From a virus (Duplodnaviria; Caudoviricetes): DNA of 51,112 nt. The notes under the pieces were generated by a model. That model was not told where the DNA came from and ran no database searches. It worked only from the letters and a program-made list of their open reading frames with translations. The translations under genes were made by a program, and so were the position numbers. The stretch lies in IMG/VR virus record IMGVR_UViG_3300049180_000045, positions 1-51,112 of that record; one strand, given 5' to 3'. This document shows, one piece after another, positions 17,617 through 26,730 of the stretch (position 1 is its first letter; each line of letters opens with the position of its first letter).

Positions 17617-19476
17617 GTGCGTCCCGAAAATCACTTGACAGTTTCGACGGGTTCGTTTCGCCGCGACGGTTGGAAGAGTCTCTTGACCGGGATCGGCGAC
17701 ATGTACCGCGATAAGCGGATGTCAGCCGTTCAAATCGTTTACCGACTCACCCGCGAGGAACTTCGCGCGTTGTGGCTCGCTAACGACATGGGCTCAAACA
17801 TCGTCGAGAAGTTCGCGGCCGAGCAGGTTCGGAAGTGGCTCGACGTGAAGGTCGAGGGTGACAAGGAAGCCGGCGAAGCGTTCGACGCAAAGCTCGAAGA
17901 ACTCGGCGCGCAGCGCAAGTTCCAGCAAGCGCTAGAGTTCGAGCGCGCGTACGGGGGTTCCGCGATCCTGGTCGGTGTGAATGACCGCTCGGACCTCGCG
18001 GGTCTGGTCGAGCCTCTTCACGAAGATCGAATTCAGTCGGTCGATTACCTGAACGTGTTCGAGGCGCGCGATCTGCCCGCTCTTGAGTATTATGATAACC
18101 CCCTCGAAGCCAAGTACGGCGAGGTGAAGATTTTCGGATTGACCCCGCGCCTTCTCGGTTTGAGCGGCACAGGGTTGATTGCCGTTCACGAGTCCCGCCT
18201 TCTCGTGTTCGACGGTTCGCCTATCTCCCTGGAAGATAGAATCGCTAATCGCGGGTGGGGTGATTCCGTTCTGAACCGCTGTCACGGGGCGATTCGCGAT
18301 CTCGGTCTTTCGTGGGAGTCGGCCGCAGCACTCTTGCAAGACTTCGCGCAGGCGGTGTTCAAGATCAAGGGTCTGGCCGAAGCTGTCGGAAACGACCGCG
18401 ACGAACTCGTGATCAAGCGTCTGCAACTCATGGACATTTCCCGTTCGGCCCTGCGCGGGATTGCGTTGGATGCCGACGGCGAAGATTTCGAGCGGAAGCC
18501 GACCCCTATTTCGGGGCTCGCCGAGATCCTCGATCGCCTGTGTAACCGCCTTGCCGCAGCCGCGCGAATGCCTGTAACCCTTCTGATGGGTCAGTCGCCG
18601 GCCGGCCTGAATGCGACAGGCGACTCGGATATTCGGTGGTTCTATGACCTGATCGAGTCTCTACAGAAGAACCGCGTTCGTCCCCAGGTCGAGAAGTTGG
18701 TTCGTATGCTCGCGCTCGCGAAGAACGGACCGACGAACGGTGTAGAGCCCGAGAACTGGTCGATCGAGTTCCGGCCGCTTTGGCAACTCGACGCGGTTCA
18801 GGAATCCACGATCCGGTTAAATATCGCACAGGCCGACGAGAAGAATATCGCTAACGGAGTGTACACCCCCGAGGAAGCTTCGACTCATTACTCGGGAGAC
18901 AAGTTCGCGCTCGACGTTCAGCTTGACCGTAAGGCGCGCGAGCGTTTCTCGGCCGATCCTGTCGACGAGACCGAGACCCCGCGCCTCTTCAAGCCCGACC
19001 CGAACCAGGTCGACCCCGAGAACCCGTCTCCCGAGCCCGTAGACGCGACGAAGCCAGGGGTTGACCCCCTCGCCCCGAGTGCTGACGGGAAGGCGCAAGA
19101 CATCGCCCTGAACGGCGCACAGGTGACCGCCGCGCTCGAAATCGTGTCGGCCGTTGTGAACGGCGCACTTCCTCGCGACGCGGCAATCGGAATGCTGATC
19201 GAATTCTTCAACCGGACCCCAGAGGGTGCCGAACGTATTCTCGGATCGGTCGGGAAGGGTTTCGAGCCGAAGAAGCCGGATCCGCAACCCCCGCCCGATG
19301 CTACGCCGCTTCGACTCGTCAAGCAGGTTCCTGGTAACAAACAAGATGACCTGTCCTCGGACATGGTCGTTTCGATGTTCAAGTCGGGAGAGATTCAGAA
19401 GAAGACGGCGACGAACCTTCTTCTTCATTTCGTTAAGATTGACACGAACACGGCCGAGCAACTTCTCGCGGCATAG
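17617..19476 (+). CDS. Portal protein (DUF1073-type) with C-terminal extension
   Basis: RRDGW..LTGIG...DK N-terminus, R.YGG, HESRL, GWGDS, LMGQSPAGLNATGDSD, F.PLW. GTG start 7 nt after TAGGAT. Confidence 0.92.
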   Translation: MRPENHLTVSTGSFRRDGWKSLLTGIGDMYRDKRMSAVQIVYRLTREELRALWLANDMGSNIVEKFAAEQVRKWLDVKVEGDKEAGEAFDAKLEELGAQRKFQQALEFERAYGGSAILVGVNDRSDLAGLVEPLHEDRIQSVDYLNVFEARDLPALEYYDNPLEAKYGEVKIFGLTPRLLGLSGTGLIAVHESRLLVFDGSPISLEDRIANRGWGDSVLNRCHGAIRDLGLSWESAAALLQDFAQAVFKIKGLAEAVGNDRDELVIKRLQLMDISRSALRGIALDADGEDFERKPTPISGLAEILDRLCNRLAAAARMPVTLLMGQSPAGLNATGDSDIRWFYDLIESLQKNRVRPQVEKLVRMLALAKNGPTNGVEPENWSIEFRPLWQLDAVQESTIRLNIAQADEKNIANGVYTPEEASTHYSGDKFALDVQLDRKARERFSADPVDETETPRLFKPDPNQVDPENPSPEPVDATKPGVDPLAPSADGKAQDIALNGAQVTAALEIVSAVVNGALPRDAAIGMLIEFFNRTPEGAERILGSVGKGFEPKKPDPQPPPDATPLRLVKQVPGNKQDDLSSDMVVSMFKSGEIQKKTATNLLLHFVKIDTNTAEQLLAA

Positions 19477-19485
19477 GTCGAAAAC

Positions 19486-20700
19486 GTGAATCGTCAAGCG
19501 TTCGTCGGGCTGTTGCGTCGACGCGGGGTTCGGTCGATCCCGCGCCTAAAGCGTATGCAACAGCCGGACATGATCCGGCTTCGTTACTTTGAGAAGATTC
19601 GTTCGACGGTTCTCGTCGATATGTGGAATCTCGTCGAGCGCACGCTTCGCCCTGTGTTCGATCAGCGCGGCGACGGGTCGACACGTCAGGACGCAAGCAA
19701 AGACGAAGAAGCGAAGATCAAAGCCGCGCTTGAAGAGATTGCGGATAAGTGGGCCGAGAAGTGGTCGCGCGAGAAATTCGAGAAGGTGATTCAACCTTTC
19801 GCGCAAGATATCCAGCGGTTCAGCGCGGCACAACTAAACAAGGTTCTGTACGACATCGCGGGAGTTGACGTGGTCGGGGCCGAGCCCTGGTTAACGTCTC
19901 ACATCGCCGCATTCACGCGCGATAACGTTGCGCTGATTCGTTCTATTCCCTCGACATTCTTCGGCGAGGTTGAAGGGATTGTCACGAGCGACATCGCGGA
20001 CGGTGTGCGGTGGGAGGAAATGTCGACGTACCTTCACGCTCGATTCAACGTCAGTGAGTCGAAAGCCACGCTGATCGCGCGTGACCAGACCGGGAAGTTT
20101 TACGGAAAGCTTAACGAGGTTCGTCAAAAAGAACTCGGGGTCGAGGGTTACGTGTGGCGCACGATGCGAGACAATCGCGTTCGTGACGATCACGAACACC
20201 GAGACGGTCAGAAATTCGCATGGGACAAAGCGCCCCCAGGTGGTCACCCCGGCGAACCGATTCAATGCCGCTGTTACGCGGATCCTGATCTCGAACCGTT
20301 GCTTCGCGAGGCGATGTCGGACGATCCTCCGACGCAACCCCCCACGAGCACCCAACCGGAAGCGACAACTTCTCGCGGCATTCCACGCAAAGGATGGAAC
20401 CGCGAGCGTGTGTACATGGTTCCGATTTCCGAACTCGATGATATTCCCGCCAAGGAATGGGAGCCGGGTCGAGCGAAAGCAGTTGAAAAGCTGTTTCAGC
20501 AAAATGTGAAATTCTGGACTCCTTTGAAAGTCACTAGCGGTTATAACGGTTTGCGCGAGCTAGATGATGGAAATCACCGTTTATCGGTAGCGCGTCGACT
20601 CGGATTGAACATCTCTCTGCCTGTGAGATTTCTCGACGAAGACGCATCCGAGATCCGCAAGCGTCCCGCTCGTCCGAAACACTTCATGGACGAGAAGTAA
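19486..20700 (+). CDS. Minor head protein (MuF / SPP1 gp7-like) with C-terminal ParB-like domain
   Basis: IARDQTGK, W.T..D.RVR..H, HPGEPIQCRC. C-terminal LDDGNHRL...LG...LPV. Confidence 0.9.
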   Translation: MNRQAFVGLLRRRGVRSIPRLKRMQQPDMIRLRYFEKIRSTVLVDMWNLVERTLRPVFDQRGDGSTRQDASKDEEAKIKAALEEIADKWAEKWSREKFEKVIQPFAQDIQRFSAAQLNKVLYDIAGVDVVGAEPWLTSHIAAFTRDNVALIRSIPSTFFGEVEGIVTSDIADGVRWEEMSTYLHARFNVSESKATLIARDQTGKFYGKLNEVRQKELGVEGYVWRTMRDNRVRDDHEHRDGQKFAWDKAPPGGHPGEPIQCRCYADPDLEPLLREAMSDDPPTQPPTSTQPEATTSRGIPRKGWNRERVYMVPISELDDIPAKEWEPGRAKAVEKLFQQNVKFWTPLKVTSGYNGLRELDDGNHRLSVARRLGLNISLPVRFLDEDASEIRKRPARPKHFMDEK

Positions 20701-20757
20701 TTTAACAATTTCAACGACTTGCAAGTGGAACCCTCTCGTCTGTATTCTAGCGAGCAA

Positions 20758-22164
20758 ATGAGGGTTCGCCGATTCGATAGCGGTTCAACGGACCGTGCTC
20801 GTGCACAGAAGACACCCGAGGGGTTCCTTCGCGCCCCGGCCCGTCTGACACGCGTCGGGGTGTTCCCTTACCGGACCGACAAAGTCATTCGCCGCGAGCT
20901 TCGCCTTCCCGAAGAGGTTTTTCGTCCCGACTCCCTCGCGACGTTTGAGTTGATGCCGTTGACGAACGACCACCCGAAGAACCCGCTCGACGTGACGAAC
21001 GCGGGCGCGCACCAGGTCGGATCGGTGGGAGGCATTCACAGGGACAAGGAAGATCCCGACTACATGGCGGGCACCGTCCTGATCACGGAACGTCGCGCCG
21101 TTCAAGACGTGGAGTCGGGCAAGGTCGAGATCAGCAACGGGTACGCGTGCGACCTTGAAATCAAGTCCGGGATTTGGGTCGACTCTCAGGGTCGGGGGCA
21201 TCCTTACGACGCGATTCAGCGAAATATTCGCGCGAACCATATCGCGATCGTCGAGCGCGGTCGAGCCGGCCCGGGTGCGCGACTTCGTCTCGACGCGGCC
21301 GACGAAAGCGAGATCGGCGAACAGATTCGGCAAGACACGCAACTCTTGACTTACAAGGTCGGCGATCGCGTAAGGCGAACCGGAATCTATGTCGGCCCAA
21401 AAGCTTACGCGGGAGTGATCGTCGAGGTTCGCGAGACTCTTCCGGGTTACTTTGGAACGGTTTACTCGATCCTGTTCGACGGTTCGAGCGTCCCCTCGGA
21501 TTCTGAAAAGGGCGGTTTGTGGTGGTTCACAGGTGCCGAGATCGAACTCGATGATTCACACAAACAAGACGGCGCACCCGTCGATCAGAAGGGAAAAACG
21601 ATGAAGCTGCGGATGGATGGAAACGAGTTCGAGGTCGACGAGAAGCTCGCGGCTGCGATCGCGAAGGAGCGCGGCGATTCGGCCGAAATGGTGAAGACGG
21701 CGCAGGCAGCCGTGACCGAGCAACGCGCCCGCGCCGACGCGGCCGAGAACAAGGTCACGACGCTGACCAAGGAACTCGGCGAGGCGCGCGACCCGAAGAA
21801 GTTCGAGAAGGCGGTCGCCGACCGCGTTCAGCTTCATGCCGACGCGCGCGAGATTCTCGGGGCCGATACGAAGTTCGACGGACTCGACGAGACCGAGGTT
21901 CGCAAGCGTGCGATCCTGAAGCTCGACGGTTCCGCGAAGCTCGACGGCGAGACCCCCGAGTACGTCAAGGCGCGCTTCGATTCCGACCTGCGTCACTTCC
22001 GCGCGAAGAACCCCGCGAGCGAGCAGGCTCGTCAGAAGATCGACGAGCAGAAGCGCGCCGACGCGGCCGGCAGCGGTGGCGAGAAGAAGACCGACAAGGT
22101 CGACCCCCGCGCCGAGTTCGAGAAGAACATGTACGGGGCGCGCGACTTCGCGACCAAGCTGTAA
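20758..22164 (+). CDS. Prohead protease (DUF2213-type) fused to scaffold, with inserted SH3-like domain
   Basis: TPEGFL, R.GVF.Y, R.PEEVF, PLTNDHP, EISNGY, QRNIRANHIAIV.RGRAG. Coiled-coil C-terminal half with an in-frame ATG at 21601. Confidence 0.9.
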   Translation: MRVRRFDSGSTDRARAQKTPEGFLRAPARLTRVGVFPYRTDKVIRRELRLPEEVFRPDSLATFELMPLTNDHPKNPLDVTNAGAHQVGSVGGIHRDKEDPDYMAGTVLITERRAVQDVESGKVEISNGYACDLEIKSGIWVDSQGRGHPYDAIQRNIRANHIAIVERGRAGPGARLRLDAADESEIGEQIRQDTQLLTYKVGDRVRRTGIYVGPKAYAGVIVEVRETLPGYFGTVYSILFDGSSVPSDSEKGGLWWFTGAEIELDDSHKQDGAPVDQKGKTMKLRMDGNEFEVDEKLAAAIAKERGDSAEMVKTAQAAVTEQRARADAAENKVTTLTKELGEARDPKKFEKAVADRVQLHADAREILGADTKFDGLDETEVRKRAILKLDGSAKLDGETPEYVKARFDSDLRHFRAKNPASEQARQKIDEQKRADAAGSGGEKKTDKVDPRAEFEKNMYGARDFATKL

Positions 22165-22200
22165 GAGACACGCAACACGAACCGAGAAGGATCCCAAACA

Positions 22201-22719
22201 ATGCAACTCAACTACACGCTGAACCACGATCGGGCCTACCTCGGTACGTGGGCCGCGAACTCTCCGGTCGAGAAGGCGATCACGGCGAAGAACTCGAACG
22301 GCGCCGAGATTGCGTTCGGTCGCGGTGTGACGAACGCGGCTGCGCCGTCGACGCTGAACCACTTCGATTACACCCCGACCAAGCTCCCGACGGTGAACAC
22401 CGACAGGTTCGAGGGTGTCGCGGTTCACTCGATGACCTTCGAGGCCGCGCACCCGATCAGCGGGACGCGTAACGGACCGCAGGATGGTGAGGTCTACTCG
22501 CTCGCGCGCATGGGAATCGTGAACGTGTGGGTCGAGGATGCCGTCGATCCCACCTCGCCCGTGTACTGGCGCGTCGCCTCGAATGGCGCGGGCACCGCAC
22601 CTGGTCAGTTCCGCGCCACGGCCGACGGTACGAACACCGTCGCGATCACGAACGGCGCGCGGTTCCGTGGTCGCACGAGCGGTGCCGGCATCGTCGCCCT
22701 GGAAATCAACCTTCCCTAG
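22201..22719 (+). CDS. Head decoration / cement protein
   Basis: Position between scaffold and capsid. IAFGRGV, GVAVH, G.V.V, VYWR pattern. Confidence 0.8.
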   Translation: MQLNYTLNHDRAYLGTWAANSPVEKAITAKNSNGAEIAFGRGVTNAAAPSTLNHFDYTPTKLPTVNTDRFEGVAVHSMTFEAAHPISGTRNGPQDGEVYSLARMGIVNVWVEDAVDPTSPVYWRVASNGAGTAPGQFRATADGTNTVAITNGARFRGRTSGAGIVALEINLP

Positions 22720-22755
22720 CGCCCGCTAGGTTCACCAAGCAAAGGAAACGAGCAA

Positions 22756-23799
22756 ATGCCTGACATCCGAATCTTTCGGGCCGACGGGACGCAGTACCTC
22801 GCGAATCTCCCGGTCGACCCGACCCCGTTCCGTATGGACGCGGAGAACCTGAACCCGATCTTCGAGTCGTCTCTGATGCACCGCACGGACGCCGCGCCGA
22901 CGATGTTCCTCGCGCGCGCGCTCGAAGAGATCGACCCCATGATGTACGCGCGTCAGTACGCTCGCCTCGAAGCCGGCGAGCTTGTTCAGCCCCGAAGCAT
23001 GAATCCGGGCGCGAACAAGCACACCTACCGCCAGACCGACGGGAAGGGCGCGGCGGTCGTGACGACCGATTACAACGTCGAACACCCGATCGTCGAGGTC
23101 TCGAAGGAAGAGTTCTCGCAGGGTGTCGTGGGTATCCTCTCGGGCTACCGCTACAACCTTCAGGAGTTGCGCGCTGCGCTCTACGCGGGAGAGTCGCTCG
23201 ACACGGATCGCGCCCTGGTCGCCCGTCGCGTCATCGCCGAGACCACGAACCGGATCGGTCTGCTCGGGTACCCGGAGTTCGGGATCACGGGTCTGTTCAA
23301 CCAAGCGTACGCGCAGGCTTACACTCTTCCGGCCGACGGCAATCAGAACGGCGGATCCAGTTCGACGCGCTTCATTCACAAGACCACGCGCCAGATCGAG
23401 AGGGACATTCAGGGGATCCTGAACATGGTCCCCGAGACCACGGCCGAGATCGAGAAGGCGACGCGCGTCCTGATGCCGTATGCGACGCTGCGGTTCCTGG
23501 AACAGACGCGGATCGCCGACGATGTCGAGACCAAGATCCTCGACGTGATCAAGGGTGCCTTCCCGGGTGTGGAGTTCCGAGGCGCGCTGTTCCTCGAAAG
23601 CGCGGGCGCGGGCGGTTCCGGTCGGCTCGTCGCTTACAACCCCTCGCGCGAGATCGTCGAGTGGCTCGTTCCGATCGCGTTCGAGCAGTTCGCCCCCTTC
23701 CAGCCGACCTCGACCACATGGCAGATCATCATGCACGCGCGGATCGGTGGCATCGTGAACCGTCGGCCTCTGTGTATGATCTACGCGGATCACGTCTGA
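22756..23799 (+). CDS. Major capsid protein (DUF2184-type)
   Basis: Position, 347 aa, strongly biased codon use. Y.Y..QEL, G.P.FGITGLFN, R.GG....RP motifs. Confidence 0.9.
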   Translation: MPDIRIFRADGTQYLANLPVDPTPFRMDAENLNPIFESSLMHRTDAAPTMFLARALEEIDPMMYARQYARLEAGELVQPRSMNPGANKHTYRQTDGKGAAVVTTDYNVEHPIVEVSKEEFSQGVVGILSGYRYNLQELRAALYAGESLDTDRALVARRVIAETTNRIGLLGYPEFGITGLFNQAYAQAYTLPADGNQNGGSSSTRFIHKTTRQIERDIQGILNMVPETTAEIEKATRVLMPYATLRFLEQTRIADDVETKILDVIKGAFPGVEFRGALFLESAGAGGSGRLVAYNPSREIVEWLVPIAFEQFAPFQPTSTTWQIIMHARIGGIVNRRPLCMIYADHV

Positions 23800-23809
23800 T
23801 CCCCACACC

Positions 23810-23841
23810 GAACCGGCTCGGGGTGTATTCCGGGCCGGTTC
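23810..23841 (+). terminator. Hairpin after capsid gene
   Basis: gaaccggctcgg-ggtgtatt-ccgggccggttc. Confidence 0.55.
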
Positions 23842-23860
23842 ACCCTGTCGAGGAAACGCA

Positions 23861-24124
23861 ATGCAAACCGTCAAGGTTATCTTTCGTGGTCTGTCGAATC
23901 GCCGGCTCGGTTCCGACTTCACCCTCGCCCCGGGCGAGAATCACGTTCCCGTGAAGGTCTGGGATACGTGGAAGAGTCATAAGGACATCGCGCACCTGGT
24001 CGCGTCCAAGGTCATCGAGACCGAAGAGGTGAAGCCGGCCGAGACCGCGCCCGCGCCCGCGAACACGGGCGAGAACCAGAACACCCCGACGGGCGGTTCG
24101 CTGCTCGGTCGGAATCGCAGTTAG
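23861..24124 (+). CDS. Small head-associated hypothetical protein
   Basis: GAGGA RBS. L.PG.N.V....W motif is common after capsid genes. Confidence 0.75.
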   Translation: MQTVKVIFRGLSNRRLGSDFTLAPGENHVPVKVWDTWKSHKDIAHLVASKVIETEEVKPAETAPAPANTGENQNTPTGGSLLGRNRS

Positions 24125-24149
24125 TCCACGTTGTTTCGAGGGTTGCGCT

Positions 24150-24524
24150 ATGTCTGCAAGTTGGACGGTCGAGGACGTGAAGAAGATCGCGCCCGAGTTC
24201 GCGAGCTTGCCGAGCGCAACCTTCGAGTATTACATCAGCCTAGCTGATCTGTTCGTCAACGCGCGTGAACTCGGAAGCCGAGCGATCTTCGCCGGTTCTC
24301 TGATGACCGCACACCTGATGACCCTGTTCCCCGCTGTTCCGTCGACCGCGTCGAGCAAGCCGGCCGGCCCGATCTCTCAAATGACCTCGGACGGTGTCTC
24401 GGTGACATATGCCGTCACTCCGGTTGACCTGTCCCGCGTCGACGCGAGTCTCGGTCAGAGTTCGTACGGGCTGACGTTTTCGAGCATCGTTCGGAAGACC
24501 TGTCTCGGTCCTCGGGTGCTGTAA
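24150..24524 (+). CDS. Head-tail adaptor (DUF4054-like)
   Basis: PEFA, L.TAHL, GVSVTY, SSYG motifs, and position. Confidence 0.85.
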   Translation: MSASWTVEDVKKIAPEFASLPSATFEYYISLADLFVNARELGSRAIFAGSLMTAHLMTLFPAVPSTASSKPAGPISQMTSDGVSVTYAVTPVDLSRVDASLGQSSYGLTFSSIVRKTCLGPRVL

Positions 24525-25300
24525 TGGCCACGTTCGGCAAGGGGATCAAGGCGGTAATCCGCGCGCGAGGGATTACCTCGAAGATGTCGATCAAGAAAAT
24601 CGACAAGGGTCTGAAGAAGATTCAAAACGTCGTGCGCTCGATCCAGGTCGATAAGTCGTACGTCAAGGCGGGATTGCTCGGTAAAGCCGCGAAGAAGCGT
24701 CCCGTTCCTCGCTTCGAGTTGAAGACGACCGAGGAAGAGTGGGGTTTTCTCAAAGCGCAGCTTGCTGTTCATCCTGCGTTGTTGGCTGTAATCGCGTCAG
24801 AGGCGAAGAAGCGCGCCGACGCATACAATCAAAAACCGATGACGAACGTTGAACTCGGCATCATTCACGAGTTCGGAACGGGGCGAATCCCCGCGCGTCC
24901 GTTCATCGGTCCCGCGTTCGCGAAGAACCGAGCGGGCTATATCGACACCCTGAAGAAGTTGGTCAAGCTGTCGGTGTATAACGGAAAGATGTCTTACGAT
25001 CGTGCGCTCGGGATCATGGGTCTGCGCATGGCTGCGGACATGAAGAAGTACGTCACGGCCGGCCCCCCAATTCCTCCCCCGAACGCGCCGAAGTATTTTC
25101 AGGAAAAGGTCGAAAAAGGTTACTGGAAGCAAGAGAAGCGAAACCGCTCGCTTCAAAAGAAAAACAAACCAATCCCCGAGGGTCCACCGCTACCGCCTCG
25201 GACGCTCGTCGATACGGGGCGAATGGTCAACTCGATCACTCACGCTGTCGTGTTGCGTAGCACGGGCGACGAACGTTCCGAGCGCAAGGGCAAGAAATGA
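24524..25300 (+). CDS. Neck / tail completion protein
   Basis: HEFGT..IPARPF, PPNAP, LVDTGRM..SIT. Confidence 0.85.
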   Translation: MATFGKGIKAVIRARGITSKMSIKKIDKGLKKIQNVVRSIQVDKSYVKAGLLGKAAKKRPVPRFELKTTEEEWGFLKAQLAVHPALLAVIASEAKKRADAYNQKPMTNVELGIIHEFGTGRIPARPFIGPAFAKNRAGYIDTLKKLVKLSVYNGKMSYDRALGIMGLRMAADMKKYVTAGPPIPPPNAPKYFQEKVEKGYWKQEKRNRSLQKKNKPIPEGPPLPPRTLVDTGRMVNSITHAVVLRSTGDERSERKGKK

Positions 25301-26730
25301 ACCTCGATCTTTCCAATGTCATCGGCGCGTTCGCGAACCCCTCGCCCTTCACGGTCGAACGATTCAGCGCGGCCGGCTATGATAACTCGGGGCGAGCGCT
25401 GTCGAGCGAGAAGTCAACCTTCACAATCAGCGCGGTCAAGAAACCGGCGAACGGGAAAGACGTTGTTCTTTCCGTTGACGGTCAGCGAACGATCGAAACA
25501 TTCGTCATCTTGACCACGACCGAACTGCGCACGAGTGATAATCGTGACGGCACTCCGGCCGACAGGATTTTGATCGACGGTCGACCGTTTGAAATTACGT
25601 CGGGGAAAGTGTACGGGAACCTCGGGAACTATTGCCGGTACATCGCCGTTCTTCTTCCCGGGGATGCGCCACCCGTGGGAGGTCCATCAGCGGGAGCGAC
25701 GTTCTTCGCACGAGCCGTGACCGTTGAGCCTGTCCCTGAACTTGTCGCTACGAACGTTCAAGATGCGCTCGCGGAACTCCAGGCGGTTGTTTCGACGAAG
25801 GTCACACAAGACGCGCTCGACGAACTTGCAAGTGAACTCGACGACCTCGCGGGTGTCGTGGCGCTGAAGGCGAGTGCGGCAGATCTTAGCGATCTTCTTG
25901 TTAGAGTTGACGCGATCGAATCGAGCCTCGGGGACAAGGCGAGTGTGTCTGACCTCGCGTTCCACGCGAACTCGACTAACACGCACGGAGTAGCGGGAAA
26001 CGTTGTCGGAACACAAGGTGCGCAAACGCTCGCGGACAAGACGCATACGAGCACGGTTGTTGACGACGCGTCGGCAATCGCTCACGTCTTCGACACAACG
26101 AACGCGCTCAGCAATGTCGGCGCAAAGTTGGTCTCATGGCGAAACAGCGGAGTTGAGAAATGGTTCGTTGATCGCAATGGATCTATGAACATTCGAGGAG
26201 TTCTGTCGGGCGCGAACGCGATCGTCATACCGTCAGGATCTCGGGTGTTACTTGACGGCGCGTCCGGTGGGCGAGCGTTGTCCGTTACGAATGGCTTCGT
26301 GAATGTAAGCGCGTATTTCGAAGCGGAGTTGATCCGTGTAGGACGCGGTATCGGCGAGGCCAGCGCAATCACTATTCAAGACAACAACGGAGTTAATACA
26401 ACAGAGATCAGAAACAGCGATGGACTAATCTCGCGATTCGTGGCTGACACCACACTGTCACCAGGAAACGCAACGGCAAACGTCACGAGTCACGGGCTCG
26501 TTACGAAGACCTCGATTGGAAGGTCTGCCGTAGCGGCAGGTGCAACCTCAGTGACCATCACAACGGCAACCGCGAGGTCCTCTCAACTTGTGATGATCAC
26601 GCCGCGTCAGGTTGATCCGAACGTGAAAACGTTCGGGGCTTTGGTGTATGATGGCTATTTCGTGTTGACACTTGATGCAGCTCCGAGTGCGCCGTGGTCG
26701 TTTAACTGGGAACTGAAGGAAACTAAATAA
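25297..26730 (+). CDS. Head-closure protein fused to coiled-coil and fibre-like domains
   Basis: N-terminal ~120 aa head-closure-like (ADRILIDGRPFEI), then ATNVQDALAEL, a heptad region and a beta-rich C-terminus. Confidence 0.75.
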   Translation: MNLDLSNVIGAFANPSPFTVERFSAAGYDNSGRALSSEKSTFTISAVKKPANGKDVVLSVDGQRTIETFVILTTTELRTSDNRDGTPADRILIDGRPFEITSGKVYGNLGNYCRYIAVLLPGDAPPVGGPSAGATFFARAVTVEPVPELVATNVQDALAELQAVVSTKVTQDALDELASELDDLAGVVALKASAADLSDLLVRVDAIESSLGDKASVSDLAFHANSTNTHGVAGNVVGTQGAQTLADKTHTSTVVDDASAIAHVFDTTNALSNVGAKLVSWRNSGVEKWFVDRNGSMNIRGVLSGANAIVIPSGSRVLLDGASGGRALSVTNGFVNVSAYFEAELIRVGRGIGEASAITIQDNNGVNTTEIRNSDGLISRFVADTTLSPGNATANVTSHGLVTKTSIGRSAVAAGATSVTITTATARSSQLVMITPRQVDPNVKTFGALVYDGYFVLTLDAAPSAPWSFNWELKETK

